From NCBI GenBank assembly GCA_963824495.1, contig CAWGPQ010000006.1, positions 107,438-171,437 on the forward strand: a stretch of DNA of 64,000 nt, in the 5' to 3' direction. Of this stretch, positions 11,086 through 21,472 are shown piece after piece. A model generated the notes under the pieces. That model did no database searches. It was not told the DNA's origin and worked only from the letters and a program-made list of their open reading frames with translations. Numbering within the stretch: the first letter of the stretch is position 1; each line of letters begins with the position of its first letter. Source of the DNA: an uncultured bacterium (GTDB taxonomy: Bacteria > Babelota > Babeliae > Babelales > Babelaceae). Position numbers and translations under genes: made by a program.

Positions 11086-11479
11086 GTCTTCTCCTCGTCA
11101 ATTTTGATTATTTTTAATCCCTTTTGTTATTTTTTATTATAATCTCATCGTATCACATCTCAATTAAGAAAATCAATATTGAGCTGTATGCGCTGCTATA
11201 CATTGATCGTGTTGTCTTGAGCAGATTATGACAATCAAGGCCAAGTTTTTGAGGCTTTCAAGGTCGCTGGGGTTTTCGCATTAGTTTAGCATTGCGTATT
11301 GGAGGGGTTTCTGAAAGCACAATAATCCCTGAAAAGCAGGCTGTCTTTTATGCTTATTTAACTCCCAACTCTGTTATTTTTTTAACTTCTCAATAAATAT
11401 ATTGACTCTTTGTATGTAAAAATTGTATGAAACAAAAAGGGGAACGTCATGTCAAGGGTTAAGGGTTAGGGGGGTTGTC

Positions 11480-12220
11480 ATGACACGTGGTGTCATAGGG
11501 ACCATGAGTGCCACTGGTTGTTTTTTTGTTGGGTTGCTCAGTCATCATGTTATGCATGTTGTACGGGTACCTCAATCGTGGTCGATATATTATGATCCTG
11601 TGCTATCGTTTGCAAGCACATCATTGCTTGATCCACGTATTACGTGTGTTGAGTTAAGTCGCCATGACGCTTCCTCTCTTATGAAGCTGTTACAGCAGGA
11701 GGTGCCGGTTATACAAGCACTTGAGGTGTGCTATAAAGGCTGTCGTCATGCTCATGTCAAAATAGAGGCATATAGACCACAACTCAGCATTAATACTGAG
11801 TATGTCATGTTGTGCAATGGCTTAATTGCACGGAGTGACTTTTTTGCTGACCATGTCCGTGAATCACTTCCTGCCATTGGGTACCCTGACGATAGTACTG
11901 GTATAGTATGCGGTGAATACTGCACGGCATTGCTCAGTTTTATGGGCCGTTTACCTGAAGGGTTTTTTGAGCAGTATTCGGTGATATGGCATAACAAAAC
12001 GGATATTGTTCTGTACGATAAACAATGTGCACAGTTTTGTTTACGTGCTCATGCTGAAACGCAGTTTGACGATGCGTTAGTACATGCAATCGCCTCTATA
12101 AAAAAAGTTGTGCAGAAGCGTACAACTTCACGTTCTAGCAAAGGGACACTCCACCGTATGTGGAGAGCAGACGTGAGGTTCAAAGATTACATTGTACTCT
12201 CGTCGATCACAGAGCGATAA
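11480..12220 (+). CDS. ftsQ: Probable divergent cell division protein FtsQ/DivIB
   Basis: Lies immediately upstream of ftsA. Single N-terminal hydrophobic segment, a POTRA-like LQQEVPVIQALEV stretch and C-terminal ADVRFKDYIVL. Start uncertain (11423 or 11480). Confidence 0.55.
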   Translation: MTRGVIGTMSATGCFFVGLLSHHVMHVVRVPQSWSIYYDPVLSFASTSLLDPRITCVELSRHDASSLMKLLQQEVPVIQALEVCYKGCRHAHVKIEAYRPQLSINTEYVMLCNGLIARSDFFADHVRESLPAIGYPDDSTGIVCGEYCTALLSFMGRLPEGFFEQYSVIWHNKTDIVLYDKQCAQFCLRAHAETQFDDALVHAIASIKKVVQKRTTSRSSKGTLHRMWRADVRFKDYIVLSSITER

Positions 12221-12247
12221 AAAAAAGAAGGGATAGGAGGGGAAATC

Positions 12248-13486
12248 ATGAAGAAAAAGCTTATACCTGAAAACATAATTGCCGCTATTGATATAGGTAC
12301 TACTAAAATTTGCGTATTAGTTGCTCAGCAACTTGATAATGAGAATTTTGAGATTGTTGGAATTGGTCGAGCGCCATCGATAGGTTTAGCACGTGGTGTT
12401 GTTGTTGATATACTGCCAGCCATGCACTCAATAAAGACTGCACTCAAAGAAGCGGAGCTTATGGCAGGATTGTCGATAGAGTCTGCCTATATCGGCATAT
12501 CAGGTGCTCATATTAACTCTTTGACGTCTCAAGGCATGGTTGCTGTAAAACATGGTGAAGTACGTGCCTACGATATAGCCCAAGTGCTTGCAGCAGCACG
12601 AGCGACACCTATTCCTGAAGGACAGCATATCATACATGTGCTCCCCCAGTTTTATACTATCGACTCACATCATCATGTGCGTGATCCATTAGGCATGTAT
12701 GGCGTTCGTCTTGAAGCACAAGTCCATATTATAACGGGTGCTCTGGCATCTGTTCAAAATCTTATACGTTGCTGTGAAATGGCCGGTGTTAAAGTGCGTG
12801 ATATTATTCTTGAGCCTCTTGCTTCAGCTGATGCTGTTCTCAGCGTTGACGAAAAAGAACTCGGCGTTGCTCTGCTTGATATTGGCGGTGGTACATCTGA
12901 TTTGGCACTTTATCAACAGGGAAGCGTTCGTTATACGCATATATTTCCCATAGCAGGTAATTTATTTACCAATGATATTGCGTTATGTTTGCGCACCACG
13001 CTTAAAGATGCTGAGCGTATCAAGAAAGAACATGGCTTGGTTTACCGGCCGTTTTTAACTCATGATGTTGCTCTTGATGTAGAATTAGTGTACGGTAATG
13101 CCTTGCAAGAGATAGGGCAGTATGAACTCGTTGCTATACTTGAATCACGTGCTCAAGAACTTCTTATGCTTCTCAAGCGAGAAATAGAAGAGCATCATCT
13201 CGAAACATTTATCCACTCAGGCTTAGTACTGACCGGTGGTGGGTCATTATTGACCGGCATACAAGAACTTGCACAAGACATGCTGCAGATACCAGTACGT
13301 ATTGGCAGGCCTCATGTGCCACCTGCATTTAGAGAAACGCTTGAGAATCCAATCTATGCAACGGGATATGGCTTGCTTGTTCAAGCAGTGAAGAAAAACA
13401 AGCATGCTCCCCTTGGTCATTTAAGCGGGCCCATAATGAGCAGAGTCTTTTCACGCATGAAATCATGGGTGCTTGATTTCTTTTAA
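12248..13486 (+). CDS. ftsA: Cell division protein FtsA
   Basis: AAIDIGTTKIC, LLDIGGGTSD, VLTGGGSLL and YATGYGL motifs. Confidence 0.97.
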   Translation: MKKKLIPENIIAAIDIGTTKICVLVAQQLDNENFEIVGIGRAPSIGLARGVVVDILPAMHSIKTALKEAELMAGLSIESAYIGISGAHINSLTSQGMVAVKHGEVRAYDIAQVLAAARATPIPEGQHIIHVLPQFYTIDSHHHVRDPLGMYGVRLEAQVHIITGALASVQNLIRCCEMAGVKVRDIILEPLASADAVLSVDEKELGVALLDIGGGTSDLALYQQGSVRYTHIFPIAGNLFTNDIALCLRTTLKDAERIKKEHGLVYRPFLTHDVALDVELVYGNALQEIGQYELVAILESRAQELLMLLKREIEEHHLETFIHSGLVLTGGGSLLTGIQELAQDMLQIPVRIGRPHVPPAFRETLENPIYATGYGLLVQAVKKNKHAPLGHLSGPIMSRVFSRMKSWVLDFF

Positions 13487-13501
13487 TTAAACTCGATGGG
13501 A

Positions 13502-13538
13502 CAGCATACTGTAATCAGAATATAATTACAGTATGCTG
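13502..13538. terminator. Hairpin between ftsA and the convergent gene
   Basis: cagcatactgtaat-N9-attacagtatgctg, a perfect 14-bp inverted repeat. Confidence 0.75.
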
Positions 13539-13557
13539 CCTTTATATAATTGCTTGA

Positions 13558-14403
13558 TTAAGTTATCTCTTTTGTTAGCTTGCCTAATTGTTGTAGTACA
13601 TCCTGGCACTTCTTCTCCAATTCGTTTATTTTTTTCATCTCAGGAGTGACCTTGATCCGTGAGCTTACAGCTTTGCCTGCGCATAGTATTATTCCTACTA
13701 ACCCTGTACCTTGTATTACAGGATCGGAATGATTCCAAAGAGTTGCAAATGCGCATGGCGGAATTCCTGTAAACCACATGGCACCATTTGTTTTATTATT
13801 AAGATCTCTGTTTCGGTATGTGTTTATTTCAGCAATAAGTTCTGCAAATTGCTTTATGAGGGCTTCTTGCTCTTCTTTTTTACTAGCGTTAGAGGTATAA
13901 GCCGAAGGGAAAGCTGCTCCGGGTATTTCTTTCATTACATTATCTAATTATTTTAGCACCTTTCCATGCGCAGTGTGCAATTTAATTAGTTTTTTCACTT
14001 CAGGAGTAACCTTGTGCGTCAAAGCATTCTGTGTACATAGGATCATTGCAGCTACCTCTACACTTTGCCATACAGGATGGGAATAGCTCAAAGGAAGTGC
14101 GCCTGCACAGGGTATAAGTCCTGAAAGCCATCTAAGGCTCCTTTGTGTTCTCTGATTAAGCTCTATATTTCGGTATATATCTATTTCAGTGTTAAGTTTT
14201 TCAAGTCGCTGTATCATAGCTTCTAGCTTTTCTCCCTTAAGAGGACCGGAAGTATGAGCTCGAGCGTAAGCTCCAGAGAAAGCCGCTTTGGGTAAAGAAG
14301 GGTAAGCCCGCACTATTGTCGCTCTTCTTACCAAGTTGTAATGCATGGCTGAGCTGTTTAAAGCAGTTGTCAAAAGTGTTAATGCCAACAATCTGTAGAT
14401 CAT
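13558..14403 (-). pseudogene. Secreted two-repeat membrane protein split by in-frame TAA (13948-13950)
   Basis: ORFs 13948..14403 and 13558..13935 are in frame (VLK*LDNVMKEI) and homologous to each other (AAF..AY, EI..YRN..LN, G.IPC, SxPV.Q, KVTPE.KK). The second repeat has VLQQLGKLTKEI at the equivalent position. Confidence 0.8.
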
Positions 14404-14413
14404 AGTGGTAAAC

Positions 14414-15188
14414 CTATTGTTCTAAATAAGATGCAATAACTACATGTCCTCTTTTTTGTGCGAGGTCTTGAGGTGTAATACCAGCATTATTGATTAGATT
14501 TTTTTGTGCTCCTCGAGCGATTAAATCTAATACAATATCCTCGTGGCCATTTTGAGCCGCAAGGTGAAGTGCTGTATTGCCCAAAGCATCCTGTGTATTA
14601 ATGTTAGAGTCAGCTTCAAGCAAGAGCGGTATAAGATTGGCATGACCTTGTGCAGCTGCCCAATGTAAAGGCCTGGCGGTATTAAAGGTTGAAGTGCTCA
14701 GTAAGAGAGAAGGGTGACTTTCTAATAGCTCTTTTACCATCGATTCATCGTTTATTATGGATGAATAGATAATCGGCTCAGTATTGGGTGGCACGAGGGT
14801 AGGCTGAACCGTTTCTGTTAGTTTTCCTTCAGTGTTTGCGCCATAATAGAGTAATGCTTATAAGCAATCAATAAATTTCTGATGTGGCTTTAAGCTATAT
14901 TTCCGACCGACTATTTCAAGCACGGGGCGACCCTTGGCATTTTCAGCATTGGGATTGGCGCCAGCCTCGAGCATCTGTCCAGCCAGATCAGTATTTCCAT
15001 TCTTAAGCGCTGCTAATAACAAAGTATCAAGAGATATGGCGTGAGCATTCGACGAAGAAGCTTCAGTTGCTTGAGTGGTATCGTGAGGGTTTTTCTGCTC
15101 CATGCAGTTACTTTTCTGTGAGAAATTTGCCAGCATAGCCAGTGCACATACGAGTAATTGGTTAGTAATTTTTGCTATTTTTTTTCAT
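14414..15188 (-). pseudogene. Ankyrin-repeat pseudogene (A8 frameshift after ATG plus in-frame TAA at 14858-14860)
   Basis: DCL*ALLYYGANTEG joins ORFs 14858..15136 and 14414..14794 in frame. ATG at 15188 is followed by 8 A's; 7 would restore the signal peptide MKKIAKITNQLLVCALAMLA. Confidence 0.8.
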
Positions 15189-15426
15189 AAGTAACCTTTA
15201 TGGGAAATTGTTGTGATTGTGATGCATTGATAGATTTTAACAGTGATTGCACAAGTATACAATGTTGATTCATGTTGATTGCTAAATTTCTTAGCAAGTG
15301 CAAGATCTTATGAGTACGCTTACGAGCTTGTGCGAGCGGATTTGGCATCCAGGCGTTGCATCTGGCAAGGTAATCATGCTAATGTTCTGATGAGCGAAAG
15401 CACATATAATCAGAAAGGGGAAGCAT

Positions 15427-16611
15427 ATGATTGACTTTGAGCAAGAAAATCTTGTAACACAGGTTCCTGTAGCACGTATTAAAGTTATGGGTGTTGGTGG
15501 TGCAGGTGGCAATACCATTAATCACATGATTGGTAGTAATTACGAAAACATAGAATTTATTGTTGCTAATACCGATGCACAAGTACTCAAAATTTCCAAG
15601 GCACCACTTAAGATACAGTTGGGTTCGCGTTCAACGCGGGGCTTGGGCGCAGGGGCTAACCCAGAAGTAGGCAAGCGGGCAGCCGAAGAGGATATTGAAA
15701 AGATAAAAGAATATCTTCAGGGCGCGGATGTTGTGTTTTTAGTTGGAGGTCTGGGTGGTGGTACCGGCTCGGGCGCTTTGCCGGTTATCGCCCGTGTAGC
15801 AAAATTATTAGGTATTCTTTCTATAGGTGTTGTGACGCAGCCGTTTGCTTTTGAGGGAAAACGCCGCATGAATATCGCACAACAAGCACTTGACCTGCTG
15901 AGAAAAGAAGTTGACACTCTTATTGTTATACCTAACCAAAAATTGCTTGATATTGCTGATAAAAAAGTATCGCTTGTCAATGCTTTTGGCATGCTTAATG
16001 AGGTAATAAACCAGTTTGTTCGGGCCATAGCTGATATTATTAGTCGCCCTGGTCATATTAACGTTGATTTTGCTGATGTCAGTGCAATTATGAAGAATAC
16101 GGGCATGGCAGTTATGGGTACCGGTCGTGCATCAGGACCTAATCGTGCAGAAGAAGCAGCTCGTCAAGCTATTTCATCACCCTTATTAGGAAACATGACG
16201 ATTGAAGGAGCTCGTGGTGTATTATTTAATATTACAGGCAGCTCTAATTTGGGACTTGACGAAGTAAGTGCGGCATCGTCCATTATTGAGCATGATGCCG
16301 ATAGGGACGCCAATATTATTTTTGGTTTTGTTGTTGATGAGTCTCTTGGTGACGATGTCATGGTTACGGTTATCGCTACCGGTGTCGTACCGAAGGATGC
16401 CCACATGTTGCCGTATGTTCAGGTAACGCCAACAGTACGCGATAGTACCAATGCTTTAAGACCTTTATCACCTACTGCAGAAAGAAACCAGGGGGCAGCG
16501 AATTCTTCGTTTCAGCTATTAGAATCTCTTGATCAAAAAACCCTTGAAGTCCCAACGATTCTTCGCCGTATGGTTAAAGAAAAAGAAACCCGCCAAAAGA
16601 CAAGCGCCTAG
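15427..16611 (+). CDS. ftsZ: Cell division protein FtsZ
   Basis: GVGGAGGN, GLGAGANPEVG, GGGTGSG tubulin signature, NVDFAD, and C-terminal LEVPTILRR. Confidence 0.98.
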   Translation: MIDFEQENLVTQVPVARIKVMGVGGAGGNTINHMIGSNYENIEFIVANTDAQVLKISKAPLKIQLGSRSTRGLGAGANPEVGKRAAEEDIEKIKEYLQGADVVFLVGGLGGGTGSGALPVIARVAKLLGILSIGVVTQPFAFEGKRRMNIAQQALDLLRKEVDTLIVIPNQKLLDIADKKVSLVNAFGMLNEVINQFVRAIADIISRPGHINVDFADVSAIMKNTGMAVMGTGRASGPNRAEEAARQAISSPLLGNMTIEGARGVLFNITGSSNLGLDEVSAASSIIEHDADRDANIIFGFVVDESLGDDVMVTVIATGVVPKDAHMLPYVQVTPTVRDSTNALRPLSPTAERNQGAANSSFQLLESLDQKTLEVPTILRRMVKEKETRQKTSA

Positions 16612-16621
16612 TACAGCTGCA

Positions 16622-16649
16622 AGTGAAGGGAAATAAGTTTCCCTTCACT
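16622..16649 (+). terminator. Hairpin after ftsZ
   Basis: agtgaagggaaa-taag-tttcccttcact. Confidence 0.7.
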
Positions 16650-16676
16650 CTCATGCTAAACTAACGCTTTTAGGTA

Positions 16677-17399
16677 ATGAGCATGCAATTCTATGATAAT
16701 GCGTATCTTCGCATCTATTTTGGTGATCAAAGTACTGCGCTTTCTTTAGAGTATCTTTATAGTGTTAAAGATAGTGCAGAGCTTATGCAACAACCGCAGC
16801 TAAAGCAGGTTATAAGCACGTTAGGGCTTAATGGTCTAAGTATCTTAAAGCAAGTGCATGGTGCTTGTGGTTATGTAATAACGGGAAAAGAGGGAATATG
16901 CCAGCTTGAGGGAGATTATCTTATTACGTCTATTCCCGGAATTGGGCTTGCTGTGACAACTGCTGATTGCTTGCCGATAGTTCTCTATGACACTGAGCAT
17001 CAGGTAGTTGGGATTGCTCATGCTGGGTGGCGGGGTTCTCTTCAGCAGATAGCTGTTAGGATGCTTGAAGATCTTCAGAAGAAGTTTGGCACGCAGCCTG
17101 AGCAGGTACAGGCTTTTTTTGGGCCCTCAGCTCAAGTATGCTGCTATCAAGTAAGTACAGATTTTAAACACTCTTTTGATCGGTATGATTGGGCTCAAGA
17201 AGCGTTTAGCACGCGTACTGGTGCTCTTTATTTCGATATGCTCTTGTTTAACCAAGTGCAACTTGAGCAGGTTGGAGTGAACAGAGCATCATGTATTGTA
17301 GATTTTGCTCGTTGCGCTATTTGCAGTCCAGAGCTGTGTTCCAATCGCCGTGAGGGTTTGTTAGCCCGGCGGCAACTAACTATTGTTGCGCTCGTGTAA
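16677..17399 (+). CDS. pgeF: Peptidoglycan editing factor PgeF/YfiH (purine nucleoside phosphorylase-like)
   Basis: QVHG, TADCLP, AHAGWRG and GPS...CCYQV motifs; located after ftsZ. Confidence 0.92.
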   Translation: MSMQFYDNAYLRIYFGDQSTALSLEYLYSVKDSAELMQQPQLKQVISTLGLNGLSILKQVHGACGYVITGKEGICQLEGDYLITSIPGIGLAVTTADCLPIVLYDTEHQVVGIAHAGWRGSLQQIAVRMLEDLQKKFGTQPEQVQAFFGPSAQVCCYQVSTDFKHSFDRYDWAQEAFSTRTGALYFDMLLFNQVQLEQVGVNRASCIVDFARCAICSPELCSNRREGLLARRQLTIVALV

Positions 17400-17879
17400 T
17401 TTTGCGTGTTCTTGAGGGCACGGGCACGTAGCCTTAAGGGCGTCCCTAATTTCCGCCAAAAGAATTTCTTGGTGACTTAGCCAGAGCCTGTCTGTTTCTA
17501 ACTTTTCTTTTGTGTGAAGCCTATTAAGGGCTTTAATAATTAAAAAAAGTACCCATGCTATAATAAGAAAGTCCAGAGCAGCCTGGGCAAAGCTCCCCAT
17601 ATTAAGTGTTACTGCTTTTTGTATGATGATCCCGTCTGAATGTATAATAGCCTCCTTGAGCGTAATCTTAAAGTCTTGAAAATTTATGCCTCCCATAATA
17701 ATACCAAGAGGGGGCATGAGAATGTCGCTGACTAACGAAGAGACAATTTTGCTAAATGCAGCGCCTATAATGACCCCTACGGCCAGCTCTATGATATTGC
17801 CACGAATAGCAAAGTCTTTAAATTCACGTAACAATTTTTTTAGGGTAGTGGTATGGTGGTTATTGATAAGGGTATTCAT
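17376..17879 (-). CDS. mscL: Large-conductance mechanosensitive channel
   Basis: EFKDFAIRGNIIELAVGVIIGAAFSKIVSSLVSDILMP and LLAEIRDAL motifs. Confidence 0.96.
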   Translation of the reverse strand: MNTLINNHHTTTLKKLLREFKDFAIRGNIIELAVGVIIGAAFSKIVSSLVSDILMPPLGIIMGGINFQDFKITLKEAIIHSDGIIIQKAVTLNMGSFAQAALDFLIIAWVLFLIIKALNRLHTKEKLETDRLWLSHQEILLAEIRDALKATCPCPQEHAKLHERNNS

Positions 17880-18001
17880 AATGGGTAGCTTTCTACTCAA
17901 GCGTGACGAAATCTTTATTTTATGATACACTAAAATTATCAGAATGGGTTACTAATATTATTTATAGCGTGAAAAATTTTAAAGCTTTAGAATAAGGAAA
18001 G

Positions 18002-20584
18002 ATGATGATAGCAGCACTGTTAGCAAAAGTTTTTGGCACAAATAATGCCCGTCAGCTGAAGCGCATGCAACCATTGGTCGCTCAAATTAACGCTTTCGAG
18101 CCTATGGTACAAGCAATGAGCGACGAGCAGTTTCCGGTAAAAACCCAACAGTTTCGTGAGCAGGTTGCTCAAGGGCGTTCCCTTGATGATATTTTACCAG
18201 AAGCTTATGCACTCGTTCGTGAAATGGCACGGAGAAAGCTGGGGCAGCGTCATTATGATGTCCAGCTGGTTGGTGGTATTGTTCTTCATAAGGGCATGAT
18301 TTCTGAAATGAAAACAGGTGAAGGAAAAACGCTTACTGCCACACTCGCTCTTTATTTAAATGCTCTGTCTGGTAAAGGTGCTCATCTTGTGACAGTTAAT
18401 GATTATCTGGCGCGACGTGATGCTGAGTGGATGAGTCCTATTTATAACGCCCTTGGGCTTACCGTAGGGGTTATTCAGAACTCAATGAACGACCGTGAGC
18501 GCAAGCAGATCTATGCATCGGATATTGTGTATGCTACCAATAATGAGTTGGGCTTCGATTATCTGCGCGATAACATGAAGTTTAGATTACAAGATTATGT
18601 TCAGCGTGATTTGCATTATGCTATCGTTGACGAAGTTGACTCTATTCTTATCGATGAAGCTCGAACACCGTTGATTATTTCTGGATCGTCAGATGAGAGC
18701 AGCAAGCTCTATGGGGAAGCTGATCGCGCTGTTGCTGGGCTTGTGCGAAATACTGATTATGAAGTTGACGAGAAAGTACGATCGGTTCAACTCACCGAAG
18801 CGGGCAACGATAAAATAGAAGCTACATTTGGTATCACTAATCTCTATGCGCTTGAAAATCTTCAACTCTTACATCACGTTAATCAGGCACTTCGTGCTCA
18901 CGTAATTTTCAAGCGTGATGTCGATTACGTAGTAAAAGATCAGGAAGTGCTTATTGTCGATGAGTTTACGGGAAGAATATTAGCTGGTCGGCGTTATAGT
19001 GATGGATTGCACCAAGCACTTGAGGCGAAAGAGGGCGTAACTGTTGAGCGTGAAAATCAAACGTTGGCATCTATAACACTCCAAAACTACTTTAGGCTTT
19101 ATAAAAAACTTGCTGGTATGACCGGTACGGCTGCCACTGAAGCTGAAGAGTTCCATAAAATCTATAAGCTTAATGTTATTAGCATACCACCTAATCGGCC
19201 ACTAATTCGTGAAGACAAACATGATCTTATTTTTCTTACTAAAAATGCAAAATATAAAGCTATAGTCGAAGATATTAAGGGCCGTTATGCCAAGGGACAG
19301 CCAGTTCTTATTGGTACCATTGCTATCGAGACTTCAGAACTGCTCAGCAATGTCCTTACGCTTAATGGTATCCCTCACGATGTGCTTAACGCTAAGCAGC
19401 ATGCTCGTGAAGCAGATATTATCGCACATGCTGGTGAAAAGTCTCACGTGACCATTGCAACGAATATGGCTGGTCGTGGTACAGATATTAAACTTATTCC
19501 TGATTCGGTTAAGGCCGGAGGGCTCTATATCTTGGGAACTGAGCGTCATGAAAGTCGTCGAATCGATAATCAGCTTCGTGGTCGCTCGGGACGACAGGGG
19601 GACCCGGGGGAATCCCGCTTTTATATTTCGCTTGAAGATGACCTAATACGTCGTTTTTCTGGCGATAGTCTTAAGAAAAATATGCATAAAGTTGGTATGA
19701 CTGAAGATGAGGTTATCGAGTCTAAAATGATCTCGCGTATTATTGAAGGCTCTCAAGAAAAAGTTGAAAAACAAAATTTTGATTATCGTAAGCATCTGCT
19801 TGAATATGATGATATTCTCAATCAACAACGTATTGTAGTATACAAGTATCGGCGTGCTATTCTAGAAGGTGACAAGCAAAGCTTTGATTTGGTACGAGAT
19901 CTTATTATAGGTTCAGTGCAAGATAGCGTTGCTGCGTATAACCCTCGATCAGGGGGAGCTGATGCTGATCTTCAGGAACTTCTTAAAGCACTTTCACATA
20001 TGACCGGTATTCCTCTGTCAGAATTTACCACACAGAATTTTAGAAACAGTAACCGTGAAGTGCTGCTTGATGGTATTATTAACTTCCTCCTCGAGCGCTA
20101 TGAACGTTACAGTCAGTATACACGATCGGAAACGCCTTCGGATTCTTTGCCTAATAATGCTCATGATACTATGCTTCATGAAGCCCAAAAATGGCTCATG
20201 CTTGAAGCCCTCGATAAAGCTTGGAAGCAACATATGCTTAACCTAGATCATCTGCGTGAAGGTATTGGTTTGCGGAGCTGGGGGCAAAAGAATCCATTAC
20301 TTGAGTATAAGCGTGAGGCATTTGCAATGTTTGAAGATATGATGCGTAATGTTCGTTGGGAAGTAGTCCATCATATATTTCACTTAAACCTTGAAAGATT
20401 TAATCACTTCGAGCTTGAACGCCGCCGCGAGCATGAGCTGAATCAGCTTAATCTTATCGGCATAGAAGGTACACTCGATGTTGGAGCAGGCGTACTCGCT
20501 CCAAAAGTTGATCCTAAAATAGGAAGAAATACTGATTGCCCTTGTGGTTCAGGAAAGAAATACAAAAAGTGTTGCGCTAAGTAA
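18002..20584 (+). CDS. secA: Preprotein translocase ATPase SecA
   Basis: MKTGEGKT, DEVDSILIDEARTPLIISG, TNMAGRGTDI and a C-terminal SEC-C motif CPCGSGKKYKKCC. Confidence 0.99.
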   Translation: MMIAALLAKVFGTNNARQLKRMQPLVAQINAFEPMVQAMSDEQFPVKTQQFREQVAQGRSLDDILPEAYALVREMARRKLGQRHYDVQLVGGIVLHKGMISEMKTGEGKTLTATLALYLNALSGKGAHLVTVNDYLARRDAEWMSPIYNALGLTVGVIQNSMNDRERKQIYASDIVYATNNELGFDYLRDNMKFRLQDYVQRDLHYAIVDEVDSILIDEARTPLIISGSSDESSKLYGEADRAVAGLVRNTDYEVDEKVRSVQLTEAGNDKIEATFGITNLYALENLQLLHHVNQALRAHVIFKRDVDYVVKDQEVLIVDEFTGRILAGRRYSDGLHQALEAKEGVTVERENQTLASITLQNYFRLYKKLAGMTGTAATEAEEFHKIYKLNVISIPPNRPLIREDKHDLIFLTKNAKYKAIVEDIKGRYAKGQPVLIGTIAIETSELLSNVLTLNGIPHDVLNAKQHAREADIIAHAGEKSHVTIATNMAGRGTDIKLIPDSVKAGGLYILGTERHESRRIDNQLRGRSGRQGDPGESRFYISLEDDLIRRFSGDSLKKNMHKVGMTEDEVIESKMISRIIEGSQEKVEKQNFDYRKHLLEYDDILNQQRIVVYKYRRAILEGDKQSFDLVRDLIIGSVQDSVAAYNPRSGGADADLQELLKALSHMTGIPLSEFTTQNFRNSNREVLLDGIINFLLERYERYSQYTRSETPSDSLPNNAHDTMLHEAQKWLMLEALDKAWKQHMLNLDHLREGIGLRSWGQKNPLLEYKREAFAMFEDMMRNVRWEVVHHIFHLNLERFNHFELERRREHELNQLNLIGIEGTLDVGAGVLAPKVDPKIGRNTDCPCGSGKKYKKCCAK

Positions 20585-20615
20585 TAGCTTTCACGCATCT
20601 TGAAATTATTTTGGC

Positions 20616-20636
20616 AGGGGAAGCTAGGCTTCCCCT
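20616..20636. terminator. Hairpin between secA and the convergent small-protein cluster
   Basis: aggggaagc-tag-gcttcccct. Confidence 0.7.
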
Positions 20637-20657
20637 CTTGAGTAACCTAGGGCGTTG

Positions 20658-20912
20658 TTAGTAGCTGCTGCCAGAGCTGCCACTTGTTCCGCCGGTTGAG
20701 CTGCCGGTACCAGCTGTACTGGTTGTCCCCGAGGTGCCACCTGTTGCAGATGAGCCAGTTGTGCCTGTTGTGCCGGTTGTGCCGGTTTTTCCAGTATGGC
20801 CCGATGAGGTTGTTCCTGTTGTTTTGGAACCAGCAGTCCCGTGTGTGCCTGTTGTTGTACCTGGATGGGTACTAGTTGTTCCTGAGCTTGATTTTCCTTT
20901 TGTATTAGCCAT
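20658..20912 (-). CDS. Small Thr/Gly/Ser-rich low-complexity protein (84 aa)
   Basis: AAAGGAG RBS before ATG; GTT/GTS repeats; MAN- start like its neighbours. Confidence 0.75.
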   Translation of the reverse strand: MANTKGKSSSGTTSTHPGTTTGTHGTAGSKTTGTTSSGHTGKTGTTGTTGTTGSSATGGTSGTTSTAGTGSSTGGTSGSSGSSY

Positions 20913-20933
20913 GATATCTCCTTTGGGTAACTT

Positions 20934-21134
20934 CTAATAACTTCTTGAGCGTGAAGATCGGCTTCGACCTGACGAAGAACTACTTCTACGCGACGAACCT
21001 GCTCCTTCTTCGTGGCATTGGAACCCCCGGCAACGATGAGGAGCTATACCCCCTAAGTGTCCCGCTTCAGAACGGGTCATAGGTCTACCTGCACTTCGAG
21101 CTGAAGATCTTGATGATCTGCTATAGTTTGCCAT
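20934..21134 (-). CDS. Small Arg/Ser-rich protein with EAGHLGG-APHRCRG-C motif (66 aa)
   Basis: AAAGGAG RBS; motif shared with two adjacent paralogs. Confidence 0.85.
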   Translation of the reverse strand: MANYSRSSRSSARSAGRPMTRSEAGHLGGIAPHRCRGFQCHEEGAGSSRRSSSSSGRSRSSRSRSY

Positions 21135-21164
21135 TACGTTCTCCTTTGTTATAAGCTAACTTAC

Positions 21165-21190
21165 TAGGGGTACCAAAAAAAGTACCCCTA
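21165..21190. terminator. Hairpin between small-protein genes
   Basis: taggggtac-N8-gtaccccta. Confidence 0.6.
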
Positions 21191-21215
21191 TAAGCCTGTT
21201 TAGTTACAGTAACAC

Positions 21216-21413
21216 TTATTCCTGGCCATCACTATGTGATTCGGAAGAACCACGCTGTTTCCGCGAAGAGCTTTCACCTTCTTTTTCACATGCAAAACCA
21301 CGACAACGGTGAGGGGCAGCTCCGCCCAAGTGTCCAGCTTCTTCTGGTGTCATAGCGCCATGTTTGCCAGTTGAGCCACCTTGTGAACCAGTTTTATTTG
21401 TTGTATCTGCCAT
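21216..21413 (-). CDS. Small hydrophilic protein with EAGHLGG-APHRCRG-C motif (65 aa)
   Basis: AAAGGAG RBS; MTPEEAGHLGGAAPHRCRGFAC. Confidence 0.85.
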   Translation of the reverse strand: MADTTNKTGSQGGSTGKHGAMTPEEAGHLGGAAPHRCRGFACEKEGESSSRKQRGSSESHSDGQE

Positions 21414-21472
21414 GATAGTCTCCTTTGTTTATATTTAAATAGTTATATATTTAAATGGTTATAAGAATATAT

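Noticed and set aside
5858..14860. Stop-codon reassignment (alternative genetic code)
   Set aside because: All three stop types occur as interruptions, and each also terminates intact genes normally. Housekeeping genes have no internal stops.
15190..15426. Possible structured RNA upstream of ftsZ
   Set aside because: No recognisable tRNA, riboswitch or ncRNA motif by eye; would need an Rfam scan.
17376..17399. Convergent 3' overlap of pgeF and mscL (also ybeY at 52422-52425)
   Set aside because: Short tail-to-tail overlaps are common in compact genomes.
20684..20937. Val/Pro-rich plus-strand ORFs
   Set aside because: Antisense of the Thr/Gly-rich gene, which has the RBS and matches the cluster orientation.
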